Shown here: one piece after another, positions 37,470-47,121 of the stretch
Position numbering within the stretch: position 1 is the first letter of the stretch
Layout: every line of letters begins with the position of its first letter
NCBI GenBank assembly: GCA_963783305.1
Contig: CAWAMW010000013.1
Coordinates: 97,919-161,918, forward strand
From: an uncultured Gemmatimonadales bacterium
GTDB taxonomy: Bacteria > Gemmatimonadota > Gemmatimonadetes > Longimicrobiales > RSA9
DNA length: 64,000 nucleotides
Reading direction: 5' to 3'
Notes under the pieces: model-generated
What the model saw: the letters and a program-made list of their open reading frames with translations, nothing else
Told to the model about the DNA's origin: nothing
The model's database searches: none
Program-made: the position numbers and the translations under genes

Positions 37470-37687
37470 CATCCTCGAGGACCCGGCGATCATCGCGCCA
37501 CCACTGGGGAAACGCCGATCCGGGGGCGATTCTGTGCCATCCCGAGGGCGCCCGCGGGACGCGCCGCATTGACGTGCTGACGGCCGATCCTGCCGGGGTG
37601 GCAGGGAGTCGGTAATGGACCGCGCCGGCGCCAGCGGTCATATTGCGGGTGATCAGTGCCAGGCGCCGCACCCCGCGAGGAGGAACG

Positions 37688-37984
37688 ATGTCGAGAGCGT
37701 TCGTGAACGAGGATGCGGCGAGTGAGCCGCCCCGCCGGTTCGCACTGCCGCCCGTGGAAGACCCCGGGTTTGCGGCGGCAGCCGCGTTCGCCATGCTGGA
37801 AGCGGCGCGGGATGGGGAGATGCGGACCGCAGAGGAGGCCACCGGCTATGTATGGGGCTCGCCTGAGCTGCGGGAGCACGTGGAGCGGCTGCTGGAGAAG
37901 GAGCGGGCGCGTCCCATGCCCCAGCAGGACGACCGCCTCATCACGGTCGCGAAGCGATACCTGCGGGCGAGCCGCAGGCCCTGA
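37688..37984 (+). CDS. Small hypothetical protein (98 aa) starting MSRAFVNED
   Basis: RBS GAGGAGG just before ATG 37688; typical codon usage. Confidence 0.7.
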   Translation: MSRAFVNEDAASEPPRRFALPPVEDPGFAAAAAFAMLEAARDGEMRTAEEATGYVWGSPELREHVERLLEKERARPMPQQDDRLITVAKRYLRASRRP

Positions 37985-37990
37985 GCGACC

Positions 37991-38797
37991 GTGATGACTC
38001 CGGCGACCGGAGCGCGGCTTCGCGCGCGCGGGCTGCGGGGGCCCCTGCTCCTGGCGGCGGTCACGGCCTGCTCGGTCGGCGCGGGCGTGGTACCCGCCGC
38101 CGCTCCACCGCCGCCGGCGGGCCTTCCGGCGGACTCGTCGACGGCCACGGTGGTGCTGCTCCACGGGCTGGGTCGGACCCACCGGTCCATGAAAGCGCTG
38201 GAGCGCGCGCTTGCGGCCGAGGGCTACCGGGTGGTGAACCTCGGCTACCCCTCCAGGGACTACACCGTCTCCGTTCTGGCGGACACACTGGCTGCCGAGC
38301 TGGACGCCTGCTGCGCGGTGGAGGAGCGTCCCCCGAATTTCGTGACTCATTCGCTGGGCGGGATCCTGCTCCGTGCGTATCAGGCCAGCCATGGGGCGGA
38401 CCGGATCGGGAGAGTCGTAATGCTGAGCCCCCCGAACCAGGGGAGTGAGGTGGTGGACCGGTTGCCGCCTGCGCTGCTCAGGCTGGTGCTGGGGCCCGCC
38501 GCCGTGCAGCTCGGTACCGACGCCTCCAGCATTGTGAACGAGCTTCCACCGGCCGATTTCGAGCTCGGCATCATCACCGGGAACGCCACGCTCAATCCGC
38601 TCTTCTCCTGGTGGCTGCCGGGGGAGGATGACGGGAAGGTGACGGTTGAGTCGGCCTGGGTGGAGGGCGCGGATGAGTTCCTGGTCGTACCGTACGCGCA
38701 CACCTGGATCATGCAGCGTAAACAGGTGATCGAGCAGGTCCTGCTCTTCCTGGCGACCGGCCGCTTCGGCCCGGGGCCCCAGTCGGCCGTGCCCTGA
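37991..38797 (+). CDS. Exported alpha/beta hydrolase (lipase/esterase-like)
   Basis: LLHGLG, THSLGG nucleophile elbow, PPNQGS, DDGKV, HTWIM; possible lipobox VTAC. Confidence 0.88.
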   Translation: MMTPATGARLRARGLRGPLLLAAVTACSVGAGVVPAAAPPPPAGLPADSSTATVVLLHGLGRTHRSMKALERALAAEGYRVVNLGYPSRDYTVSVLADTLAAELDACCAVEERPPNFVTHSLGGILLRAYQASHGADRIGRVVMLSPPNQGSEVVDRLPPALLRLVLGPAAVQLGTDASSIVNELPPADFELGIITGNATLNPLFSWWLPGEDDGKVTVESAWVEGADEFLVVPYAHTWIMQRKQVIEQVLLFLATGRFGPGPQSAVP

Positions 38798-38873
38798 GGG
38801 CGCCGGAGCCACGCCGAGCCGGCTGGCAGGGTTGTTGCCGCCCACTGTCCGTATCACCACGCACTGGAGCCGA

Positions 38874-39407
38874 ATGGGAAAACGCTACCTCCTCACTACC
38901 ACCGCCGCCTTCCTCGCCGTGTTCCTCACCGCAGGGGTGTGGGTGGGGGTGGTGAACCGGATCACGCCCGGTCAGCCGGGGCTGCCGGTGACGATCATGG
39001 GGGTGGTCTTCAGTGCGACGTTCGTGTGGCTCCTGATCAATCGACTGCGCAGCCTCCTGGCCAATCCGGATCGGCGGCTCATGGAAGGCGTGCTCCTGGG
39101 CCTGAACCTGGCCGTTCTGATCCTGACCTTCGCGTGGGTCCATCACCAGATCGGGCTCATGGACGTGTCGGGTCCCGCACCCCGGCCCACGAACGACCTG
39201 GGCGATGCCCTCTACTTCTCCATCGTGACCAGCACCACCCTCGGGTACGGCGACTTCATCCCGCTCGGCCCCGGTCGGCCGGTCGCCGCGCTCCAGGCGC
39301 TCGTGGGATATCTGATCCTGGGGATCCTCGTGTCCTCCGGCTTCCAGCTGATCGCGCCGCACACCAACCCGGGCAAGCAATCCGGCGATCGGGAGGAGTC
39401 ATCGTGA
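38874..39407 (+). CDS. Potassium channel family protein (Ion_trans_2)
   Basis: DALYFSIVTSTTLGYGD selectivity filter; four hydrophobic segments. Confidence 0.85.
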   Translation: MGKRYLLTTTAAFLAVFLTAGVWVGVVNRITPGQPGLPVTIMGVVFSATFVWLLINRLRSLLANPDRRLMEGVLLGLNLAVLILTFAWVHHQIGLMDVSGPAPRPTNDLGDALYFSIVTSTTLGYGDFIPLGPGRPVAALQALVGYLILGILVSSGFQLIAPHTNPGKQSGDREESS

Positions 39408-39892
39408 GCGAGGAGCCGGGGCTCGTCGACGGGCCGGAGACCCGGGTTGAGCGTCTGCTGCGGATCGCGTTCTGGGCGGTACTCGCGATCAGCTGGGTGG
39501 TGGCGGTAGCATACATGTGGGACGCGATGACCACGGTGCCATCCGCCGAACGTCTCGAGGAGTCGAAGGTGGTGGGGATCCCGACCCCCCGTACCTTCTT
39601 CACCTCGGCGATCTTCAGCGGGATGGAGCTGGCCATCGTGCTGGCGGCACTCTGGCCGTGGCGACCGGAGTTCTACGCGACCCGCCTCGGAATCACGGGT
39701 CTGGGACTCGTGACGTGGTTCATCATGACCACGCCCATGGACCTGAGCCGCATGGACTGGGTCCACCGCCGCTGGCTGGCCTTCATGGTCCTGGTCATCG
39801 TGGTCGCGTTGGTAACGCTCGCGATCCACAGGGTCGCACGGCGAGTGATCGGACGGGGTGAGAGAATCCAAACTGGTAGCAACAGGAGCTAA
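39404..39892 (+). CDS. Hypothetical membrane protein (about 4 TM)
   Basis: GTGA overlap with the channel gene, RBS GGAGGAG, hydrophobic helices. Confidence 0.72.
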   Translation: MSEEPGLVDGPETRVERLLRIAFWAVLAISWVVAVAYMWDAMTTVPSAERLEESKVVGIPTPRTFFTSAIFSGMELAIVLAALWPWRPEFYATRLGITGLGLVTWFIMTTPMDLSRMDWVHRRWLAFMVLVIVVALVTLAIHRVARRVIGRGERIQTGSNRS

Positions 39893-39893
39893 C

Positions 39894-41087
39894 GTGGCAT
39901 CGAAAGGTACGATCGGAATCCTGACCGGTGGCGGCGACGTCCCTGGCCTCAACCCGGCCATCCGGGCCATCACCATCCGGGCCCTCCGCGAGGGCTATCG
40001 CGTCCTCGGGATCCGTCGGGGGTGGGCCGGTCTCGTGGACCTGCTCCCGGACGGGGAAGGGGACAACCAGGCCAACGTGCGGGAGCTGACCGAGGACATC
40101 GTAAACCGGGCCGGGCGTACCGGCGGCACGTTCCTGCACACCTCCCGCACCCGTCCCAGCCACCTGCCCCAGCCGGTCTTGCCCGAACACCTGCGAGACC
40201 AGTACACCGAGCCCGTGAACGACGTCACGCCCTCAGTCCTCAGGAACATCGAGCGGCTGGGGCTCGACACGCTCATTGCCATCGGCGGCGACGACACGCT
40301 CAGCTACGCGCAACGGCTCCATACCGAGGGCGTGAAGGTGGTGGGCATCCCCAAGACCATGGATAATGATGTCCCCGGTACGGACTACTGTATCGGTTTC
40401 AGCACCTGCGTCACCCGCACGATCGAGCTCACGCATGGGCTCCGCACATCCGCCGGCTCGCACGAGCGATTCCTCGTCATTGAGGTGTTCGGCCGCTACG
40501 CCGGTTACACCGCACTCCTCCCGACCATGGCAGGGGCCGCCGACCGCTGCGTGATCCCCGAGCACCCTTTCGACATCGAGCAGCTCACGGAGCTCCTCAC
40601 CTACGATCGGAACCGGCACCCGTCCAACTACGCCGTCGCGCTCGTCTCCGAAGGCGCCAAAATGGAGGGGGAGGATATGCTCTTCGAGGGCGAGGAGGAG
40701 GACCAGTACGGCCACAAGAAGCTGGGCGGGATCGGCGACCGCGTGTCCGCGGAGCTGAAGGAGCGGTCCGCCCGATTCAACAACGGACACCGCATCAATG
40801 TCGTGAATCAGCGCCTGGGCTACCTGGTCCGGAGCGGCGACCCCGACGCCCTCGATTCCATCGTGCCCATGGCGTTCGGCAACCTCGCCCTGGACCTGGT
40901 GCTGGCCGGGAAGTCGGGGCGGCTCGTGAGCGTCCGCAACGGCGCGTACGACAACGTCCCCATCGATGTGGTCGTGGGACGCAAGAAGGTCGTCGATGTG
41001 GACCGCCACTACAATACGGACCGGCTCCGGCCCATCTACCACTCGTTCAACCGTCAGCCGCTCTTCATCATGACGAGCGACGTCTGA
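39894..41087 (+). CDS. pfkA: 6-phosphofructokinase, PfkA family, with PPi-type signature residues
   Basis: LTGGGDVPGLN, GGTFLHTSR, IGGDDT, PKTMDND, EVFGRYAG, LGYLVRSG. Confidence 0.93.
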   Translation: MASKGTIGILTGGGDVPGLNPAIRAITIRALREGYRVLGIRRGWAGLVDLLPDGEGDNQANVRELTEDIVNRAGRTGGTFLHTSRTRPSHLPQPVLPEHLRDQYTEPVNDVTPSVLRNIERLGLDTLIAIGGDDTLSYAQRLHTEGVKVVGIPKTMDNDVPGTDYCIGFSTCVTRTIELTHGLRTSAGSHERFLVIEVFGRYAGYTALLPTMAGAADRCVIPEHPFDIEQLTELLTYDRNRHPSNYAVALVSEGAKMEGEDMLFEGEEEDQYGHKKLGGIGDRVSAELKERSARFNNGHRINVVNQRLGYLVRSGDPDALDSIVPMAFGNLALDLVLAGKSGRLVSVRNGAYDNVPIDVVVGRKKVVDVDRHYNTDRLRPIYHSFNRQPLFIMTSDV

Positions 41088-41088
41088 G

Positions 41089-41228
41089 GGAGGGCTCGCT
41101 GCGCTCGCGGAGGGCGGCCTTTGGCCGCGGAGGGCTCGCTGCGCTCGCGGAGGCGGCCTTTGGCCGCGGAGGGCTCGCTGCGCTCGCGGGGGGCGGCCTT
41201 TGGCACGCGGGCGCTCGCTTCGCTTGCG
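41089..41228. repeat. Tandem array of three ~40-bp REP-like units plus a partial fourth
   Basis: Unit GGAGGGCTCGCTGCGCTCGCGGAG(G)GCGGCCTTTGGCCGC at 41089, 41129 and 41168; no unique spacers. Confidence 0.85.
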
Positions 41229-41294
41229 GCGGAGTGGGGAGGGGGCCGATGTTCGAGGTGAAGGGGGGATGACGAACTCAGCCGGTAGATCGAT

Positions 41295-42965
41295 ATGAGC
41301 AGCACGACCCAGTCGAGGGCGCGGGTGATACGGGCGCCGCGGGGGGCGGAGATCTCCTGCAAGGGGTGGCAGCAGGAAGCTGCGCTCCGGATGCTCATGA
41401 ACAACCTGGACCCGGAGGTCGCAGAGCGACCGGAGGACCTGGTGGTGTACGGCGGGACCGGGCGGGCGGCGCGCTCGTGGGAGGCGTTCGACGCCATCGT
41501 CGCCAGCCTGCAGGAGCTCGAGAACGACGAGACGCTCCTGGTTCAGTCAGGCAAGCCAGTGGGGGTTTTCAGGACGCACGCGCACGCCCCGCGCGTGTTG
41601 ATCGCCAACAGCAACCTGGTGGGCCGCTGGGCGACGTGGGACCATTTCCGTGAGCTGGAGCGCCAGGGCCTGATGATGTACGGGCAGATGACCGCGGGAT
41701 CCTGGATCTACATCGGCACCCAGGGGATCCTCCAGGGCACGTACGAGACCTTCGGCGCCGTGGCCCGGCAGGAGTTCGACGGCAGCCTCCATGGCAAGTG
41801 GATCCTTACGGGCGGGATGGGAGGAATGGGCGGCGCGCAGCCGCTTGCCGGGACCATGAACGGGGCGGCCGTGCTGTGCGTGGAAGTGGATCCGGAGCGG
41901 ATCCGCCGCCGACTCGACACCGGATACTGCGATCGGATGACTCGCGACCTGGACGAGGCCCTGGAATGGGTGACCGGGGCGGCCGCGGCCGGCGAGGCGC
42001 TGAGTGTGGGGCTCGTGGGGAACTGCGCCGAAGTGCTGCCGCGGATCGTGGAGAGGGACGTCGTACCGGACGTGCTCACGGACCAGACGAGCGCCCATGA
42101 CGCCCTCAACGGTTATGTCCCCGCCGGGCTGACGATCGAGGAGGCGGACTCACTCCGTGGCAGCGATCCCGAGGAGTACGAGCGACGCGCCATGCAGTCG
42201 ATGGCCATCCACTGCGAGGCCATGGTCCAGCTCATGCAGCGCGGGGCGGTGACCTTTGACTACGGCAACAACCTGCGGGGACAGGCTCGGGATGCCGGGT
42301 ATCAGGACGCTTTCGCCTTCCCCGGCTTCGTGCCCGCGTACGTGCGACCCCTGTTCTGCGAGGGAAAGGGTCCGTTCCGCTGGGCGGCTCTCTCGGGCGA
42401 TCCGGCGGACATCCACCGGACGGACGATCTCGTGCTGGAGCTGTTCCCGGAGGACGAGCATCTGCGGCGGTGGATCGAGCAGGCGCGAGAGAAGGTCCAC
42501 TTCCAGGGGCTCCCCAGCCGGATCTGCTGGCTCGGTCAGGGGGCCCGGGCGAAGTTCGGGCTTGCGCTGAACGATCTGGTGGCGAGCGGAGAGCTGAGCG
42601 CGCCGATCGTCATCGGCCGCGACCATCTGGACACCGGCTCCGTGGCCAGCCCCTACCGGGAGACGGAATCCATGAAGGACGGCACTGACGCGGTCGCGGA
42701 CTGGCCGATCCTGAACGCGCTCCTGAACACCGCCAGCGGCGCCAGCTGGGTGAGCTTCCACCACGGCGGCGGGGTCGGCATCGGCAATTCGCTCCACGCC
42801 GGCCAGGTGATCGTCGCCGATGGAACGCCGGAAATGCGGGAGCGCCTGGAGCGGGTCCTGACGAACGACCCGGGGATCGGTGTCGCAAGACACGCCGACG
42901 CGGGCTACGAGGAGGCGTGGAGGACAGCGCGCCGTGAGGGGATCCACATCCCCATGGACCCATAG
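41295..42965 (+). CDS. hutU: Urocanate hydratase
   Basis: [69 protein letters not shown]. Confidence 0.98.
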   Translation: MSSTTQSRARVIRAPRGAEISCKGWQQEAALRMLMNNLDPEVAERPEDLVVYGGTGRAARSWEAFDAIVASLQELENDETLLVQSGKPVGVFRTHAHAPRVLIANSNLVGRWATWDHFRELERQGLMMYGQMTAGSWIYIGTQGILQGTYETFGAVARQEFDGSLHGKWILTGGMGGMGGAQPLAGTMNGAAVLCVEVDPERIRRRLDTGYCDRMTRDLDEALEWVTGAAAAGEALSVGLVGNCAEVLPRIVERDVVPDVLTDQTSAHDALNGYVPAGLTIEEADSLRGSDPEEYERRAMQSMAIHCEAMVQLMQRGAVTFDYGNNLRGQARDAGYQDAFAFPGFVPAYVRPLFCEGKGPFRWAALSGDPADIHRTDDLVLELFPEDEHLRRWIEQAREKVHFQGLPSRICWLGQGARAKFGLALNDLVASGELSAPIVIGRDHLDTGSVASPYRETESMKDGTDAVADWPILNALLNTASGASWVSFHHGGGVGIGNSLHAGQVIVADGTPEMRERLERVLTNDPGIGVARHADAGYEEAWRTARREGIHIPMDP

Positions 42966-43106
42966 CGGGCCGCCGGAACCAGGCGCGCGGAAGGAACGGT
43001 CGCGGGCTCCGGTTGACGGCGTTGGACAGGCGACGCGACGTTGGGGTCGAGCGGTCGCGCATGCAGTGAACGATCAGGGATGACCTACACGCGAGGATAC
43101 AGGACG

Positions 43107-43778
43107 ATGTACGGACGCGGATACGACGACGAGCTGCGGACTCCGCAGCAGCCGGGTGAGCCGGGCCAGCCGGGAGAGCCCGAGGGGCCACAGGACGAGG
43201 ACGAGGAAACGCCGCGTCCCACATCGAGCCGATGGACCGACAGCATCCGGAACCGGCTGTTCAAGGCGCGCACGCTCATCATCAGCGGTGAGGTCAACCA
43301 GAAGCTGGCGTCCGAGGTCATGGGTCAGCTGCTGGCGCTGGATGCGGAGTCGGATGACCCGATCACCGTGTTCATCAACTCACAGGGCGGTCACGTGGAG
43401 TCCGGCGACACCATCCACGACATGATCCGCTTCGTCTCCTCCCCCGTCCGGATGGTGGGGACCGGCTGGGTGGCGAGCGCCGGCGCGCTCATCTACGTGG
43501 CCGTCCCCCGGGAGAATCGCTATTCGCTCCCGAACACTCGATTCCTGCTGCACCAGCCGGCGGGCGGCGCTCGCGGCACGGCGGCTGATGTGGATATCGA
43601 GGCGAAGGAGATCCTGAAGATGCGGGAGCGCCTCAACAGGGTCTTCGCCGAGCAGACGGGGCAGAGCCTCCAGAGGATCGTGGACGACACGCACCGCAAC
43701 TTCTGGCTGGGCGCCGAGGAAGCCGTGGAGTACGGGCTCGTGGGCAGCATCATCGCGAAGAAGAGCGAGCTGTACTGA
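43107..43778 (+). CDS. clpP: ClpP protease proteolytic subunit (variant)
   Basis: INSQGG, ASAGA (catalytic Ser), LLHQPAGG (His), THRNFWL..EEAVEYGL. Alternative start at 43080. Confidence 0.92.
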   Translation: MYGRGYDDELRTPQQPGEPGQPGEPEGPQDEDEETPRPTSSRWTDSIRNRLFKARTLIISGEVNQKLASEVMGQLLALDAESDDPITVFINSQGGHVESGDTIHDMIRFVSSPVRMVGTGWVASAGALIYVAVPRENRYSLPNTRFLLHQPAGGARGTAADVDIEAKEILKMRERLNRVFAEQTGQSLQRIVDDTHRNFWLGAEEAVEYGLVGSIIAKKSELY

Positions 43779-43835
43779 CGGTTCCGGGCTGAGGTCGGCG
43801 CGGCCCCCGCTGGCCGCGCCGACCCGTGGGCGGTC

Positions 43836-45485
43836 CTACACGTCGCCCGTGCGCGCGGCCGTGACCTCCTGCAGCTCCGCCAGCTGCTCGCGCCCCCGCT
43901 CCAGCAGCGTGCGCGCCCGCTCCTCGAGGTCCCCGGAAAAGGCCTCGTCGTGGATGTCGGCCAGGTTGATCACCACGTTGCGGTACGCGCCGTAGAGGCA
44001 CGCCTCCAGCGCTTTGGCGCCCACCTCCACATCGGACCGTGAGGTGTACTGGCCCATACGGGCGATCTCCAGCATGGGCGCCCAGGCGCGGTCAGCCAGC
44101 TCCATGGTGTGGAACGGGACCAGGGTGGCCTTCTTCAGCCCCGCCTGCATCGCCACCCGCCGCTTCTCCTTCTGCGGGTCCGTCTCTTTCGGCATGCGGA
44201 GCGCGTTCATGAAATCGGCAAAGGCGTCGGTGTCCGCGTCCACCGCCTTCAGCAGCTCCTCCTGGATGTCCACCAGCGGCGGGATGGCTTCCCGCATCGC
44301 GGCCTCCAGGTGCTCGTACTTCCGCCGTCCAAAGGTGAGCCAGCCGCCCATGGCGCCGAGCGCCGCGCCCAGCGATCCCATGAGCGCGGCCACAGACCCG
44401 CCCCCCGGTGCCGAGCTGCGCGCGCCCACGGCCTCGACGAACCCACGGACGGTGTGCTGGATCAGCGGGCCATCGGTGGCCCCCTCGATCATATACTCGA
44501 TGATCTTCTCTTCGGGACGGAATGGATGGATGGAGGAGAGTCCGAGCCGGTCGATGGCGAGACGGACCTTCTGGCGCTCGGCGAGAATGAAGAGGTTCTC
44601 CTTCTCGATGTAGTAGTCGGCCGCCTGGAGAATCGCCTCCAGCGGGACCAGCCCGACGATCTCGCTGCCCGCAACCCCCACGTTGAGAGCGGCCGCGTCC
44701 CGCCGGATCGCCTCGAACACCTCGTGGATCGGCGTGGTCCGGTAGTTGTCCAGGTTCATGGAGACCTGCGCCAGGTCGAACTCCTCCAGCTCCCAGCCGA
44801 TCCCCTTCACGGCCTGGAAGTACCCCGGCTCTCGCACCGGGTCGCCCTCCGGCCCCTTCACGGTACGGCCCTGCTCCCGAACGTTCAGCGCCAGGCGATG
44901 GGCCTGGTTGCGGGTTCCGAGGATGTTCACGTTGTAGGCGATCAGGAAGAAGCGGGCACCCGTGACGGTGGCGCCCGACCTGGGTACGAACGTCGCCGGT
45001 CCGAAATCCGGCTTCCACTCCGGCCGCGCGAGCTTCTCATCCAGCCCCTCGTACTCCCCGCCCCGGATCTGCGACATGGCCTTGCGGCTCTCGTCGGGCT
45101 GCGCTTCCTCGTACAGGTACACGGGCACGCCCAGCTCGGCGCCCACCCGCTCGCCGAATCGGCGGGAGAGCTCGACGCACTCCTCCATGGTGGCCCCCGA
45201 GATGGGGATGAACGGCACCACGTCCACCGCACCCAGCCGCGGGTGCTCGCCGGAATGCCGGGACATGTCGATCCGCTCATACGCCGTCTTCGCACCCTGG
45301 AAGGCCGCCTCCAGCACCGCCTCCGGCTCCCCGACGATGGTCATCACCGTCCGGTTCGTGGACTCACCGGGATCCACGTCCAGCAGCTTCGCACCCTCGA
45401 CCTCGCGTATGCTTCCTGCAATGGCCTCGATCACGTCCGCATCTCGGCCTTCCGAGAAATTCGGCACACACTCCACTAGCCGCAT
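43836..45485 (-). CDS. ftcd: Bifunctional glutamate formimidoyltransferase / formiminotetrahydrofolate cyclodeaminase
   Basis: LVECVPNFSEGR, NRTV, HPRLGAVDVVPF, GARFFLIAYNVN, AQVSMNL, GSEIVGL, C-terminal SAPGGGSVAA cyclodeaminase domain. Confidence 0.95.
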   Translation of the reverse strand: MRLVECVPNFSEGRDADVIEAIAGSIREVEGAKLLDVDPGESTNRTVMTIVGEPEAVLEAAFQGAKTAYERIDMSRHSGEHPRLGAVDVVPFIPISGATMEECVELSRRFGERVGAELGVPVYLYEEAQPDESRKAMSQIRGGEYEGLDEKLARPEWKPDFGPATFVPRSGATVTGARFFLIAYNVNILGTRNQAHRLALNVREQGRTVKGPEGDPVREPGYFQAVKGIGWELEEFDLAQVSMNLDNYRTTPIHEVFEAIRRDAAALNVGVAGSEIVGLVPLEAILQAADYYIEKENLFILAERQKVRLAIDRLGLSSIHPFRPEEKIIEYMIEGATDGPLIQHTVRGFVEAVGARSSAPGGGSVAALMGSLGAALGAMGGWLTFGRRKYEHLEAAMREAIPPLVDIQEELLKAVDADTDAFADFMNALRMPKETDPQKEKRRVAMQAGLKKATLVPFHTMELADRAWAPMLEIARMGQYTSRSDVEVGAKALEACLYGAYRNVVINLADIHDEAFSGDLEERARTLLERGREQLAELQEVTAARTGDV

Positions 45486-45596
45486 GATGTCCAGCTCTCC
45501 TTGTCACGGTACCCTGTCGCGCTCCCCCGGCGCCCTGGCCTGCGGGTCGGCGTACTCCGGCTCCGGCCCCGGCGACAACTTCGCATCCTCCCTCGC

Positions 45597-47039
45597 ATGA
45601 TGCGACTGGAGCCGGAGATGACGTGGGTGGAAGGTCGCTTCCGCAGGGGACTGGCGGTGGTCGTGGATCCAGGATCAGGCCGCATCCGGTCGGTGGAGGC
45701 GTCGGTGGAGGCGTCGGTGGATGAGCAGCAGCGGGGTGAGCGAGAGGCGGTCCCGCTCCCGGGGCGCGCGCTCATACCAGGATTCGTCAACGCCCACAGC
45801 CATGCGTTCCAGCGTCTGGGGAGGGGCCGGACGCAGTCGCGCCCTGCGGCCCGCGACGCGGCCGACTTCTGGTCGTGGCGGGAGACGATGTACGGGATCG
45901 CGCTGGCGCTGGACGCCGGGGACGTGTACGACGTATCACGATTCTGCTTCCTCGAGATGCTGCGGACGGGTGTCACCGCGGTGGGTGAGTTCCACTACGT
46001 CCACCACCAGCCGGATGGTACGGCCTACCGGGATCCCAACGAGCTTGCGCTGCGGGTGATCGCGGCCGCGGAGGACGTGGGGCTGCGGATCGCGCTCCTC
46101 AACGTGTGCTACGCCACGGGCGGCATTGGTGAGCCGCTCGAGCACCGGCAGCGGCGGTTCCGGAGCAGCTCGGTGGATGAGTTCCTCGAGCGTACTGGAC
46201 GGCTCCACGACCTGGTTTCCGCCGCCGGTGGGGTGCGGCGGCCGGACGCGGGCCTCGTCACGGTGGGAGTGGCGCCCCACAGCGTACGGGCCGTCCCCCG
46301 GGAGTGGCTGCCAACGCTGCGGTCGTGGGCGGGGGAGCGGGACGTCCCGCTCCATATGCACGTGTCGGAGCGTCCGGCGGAGGTGGCGCAGTGCGAGCGG
46401 CAGTACGGGCTCAGGCCGGTCGAGCTGCTGGCCGAGGACGGGCTGCTGGACGGGCGCTTCACGGCGGTGCATGCCACGCACCTGAACGACCACGAGGTGA
46501 GGCTGCTCGGGGACTCGGGCGCCACCGTCTGCGCCTGCCCGACCACGGAGCGCGACCTGGGGGACGGATTCCTGCGCGGCCTGGATCTGCTGGACGCCGG
46601 GACCCCGATCTGTCTTGGTACGGATAGCCATACCAGCCTGGACTTCCTGGCGGAGATGCGGCTCCTGGAATACCACGAGCGGCTCCGCCGACTGGAGCGC
46701 GTCACGATCACCGATGGCGCGCCCGGGGGCGCCGAGTGGCACCGGGTGGCACCGCCGCTCATGGAGATGTCCACCATCAACGGCGCGCGGTCGCTCCGGC
46801 TCGACGCCGGCCGGATCGCTCGGGGAGCCCACGCCGACCTGGTGGCGCTGGACCTCGACCACCACACGCTCGCCGGCTGGACCGATGACACCCTCGGCGC
46901 AATGGTCACCCTGTCCGCCACTCCTGGCATCGTGCGGGACGTCTGGGTGGGCGGGATCCGGCGTCTCGAGAACCGGACGCACCCGGCGGAAGAGGAGATC
47001 AGGGCGCGGTTCGAGGCCGTGGCGTCGGCGGTGACCTGA
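45597..47039 (+). CDS. hutF: Formimidoylglutamate deiminase
   Basis: PGFVNAHSHAFQR, FWSWRETMY, GEFHYVHH, APHSVRAV, HMHVSE, VHATH, CPTTERDLGDG, GTDS. Confidence 0.93.
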   Translation: MMRLEPEMTWVEGRFRRGLAVVVDPGSGRIRSVEASVEASVDEQQRGEREAVPLPGRALIPGFVNAHSHAFQRLGRGRTQSRPAARDAADFWSWRETMYGIALALDAGDVYDVSRFCFLEMLRTGVTAVGEFHYVHHQPDGTAYRDPNELALRVIAAAEDVGLRIALLNVCYATGGIGEPLEHRQRRFRSSSVDEFLERTGRLHDLVSAAGGVRRPDAGLVTVGVAPHSVRAVPREWLPTLRSWAGERDVPLHMHVSERPAEVAQCERQYGLRPVELLAEDGLLDGRFTAVHATHLNDHEVRLLGDSGATVCACPTTERDLGDGFLRGLDLLDAGTPICLGTDSHTSLDFLAEMRLLEYHERLRRLERVTITDGAPGGAEWHRVAPPLMEMSTINGARSLRLDAGRIARGAHADLVALDLDHHTLAGWTDDTLGAMVTLSATPGIVRDVWVGGIRRLENRTHPAEEEIRARFEAVASAVT

Positions 47040-47065
47040 AACCAACCAATGCGCCGGCCCGTCTA
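47037..47065 (+). promoter_or_regulatory. Candidate ECF promoter of a second class (TGAAAC-N17-CGTCTA)
   Basis: tgaaac caaccaatgcgccggcc cgtcta, about 57 nt before the DUF4097 ATG. Confidence 0.5.
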
Positions 47066-47121
47066 TCAAAGTCAGGGTGTGCACCAGAAGCGGGAGATCC
47101 CCGGAGCCAAGGAGAGCGAGC

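Noticed and set aside
41089..41228. Possible CRISPR array
   Set aside because: Units abut with no unique spacers, and no cas genes are in the window.
45689..45721. 12-bp tandem repeat GTCGGTGGAGGC (about 2.7 copies) in hutF
   Set aside because: In-frame micro-duplication (SVEA) in a variable N-terminal loop; no frameshift or phase-variation potential.
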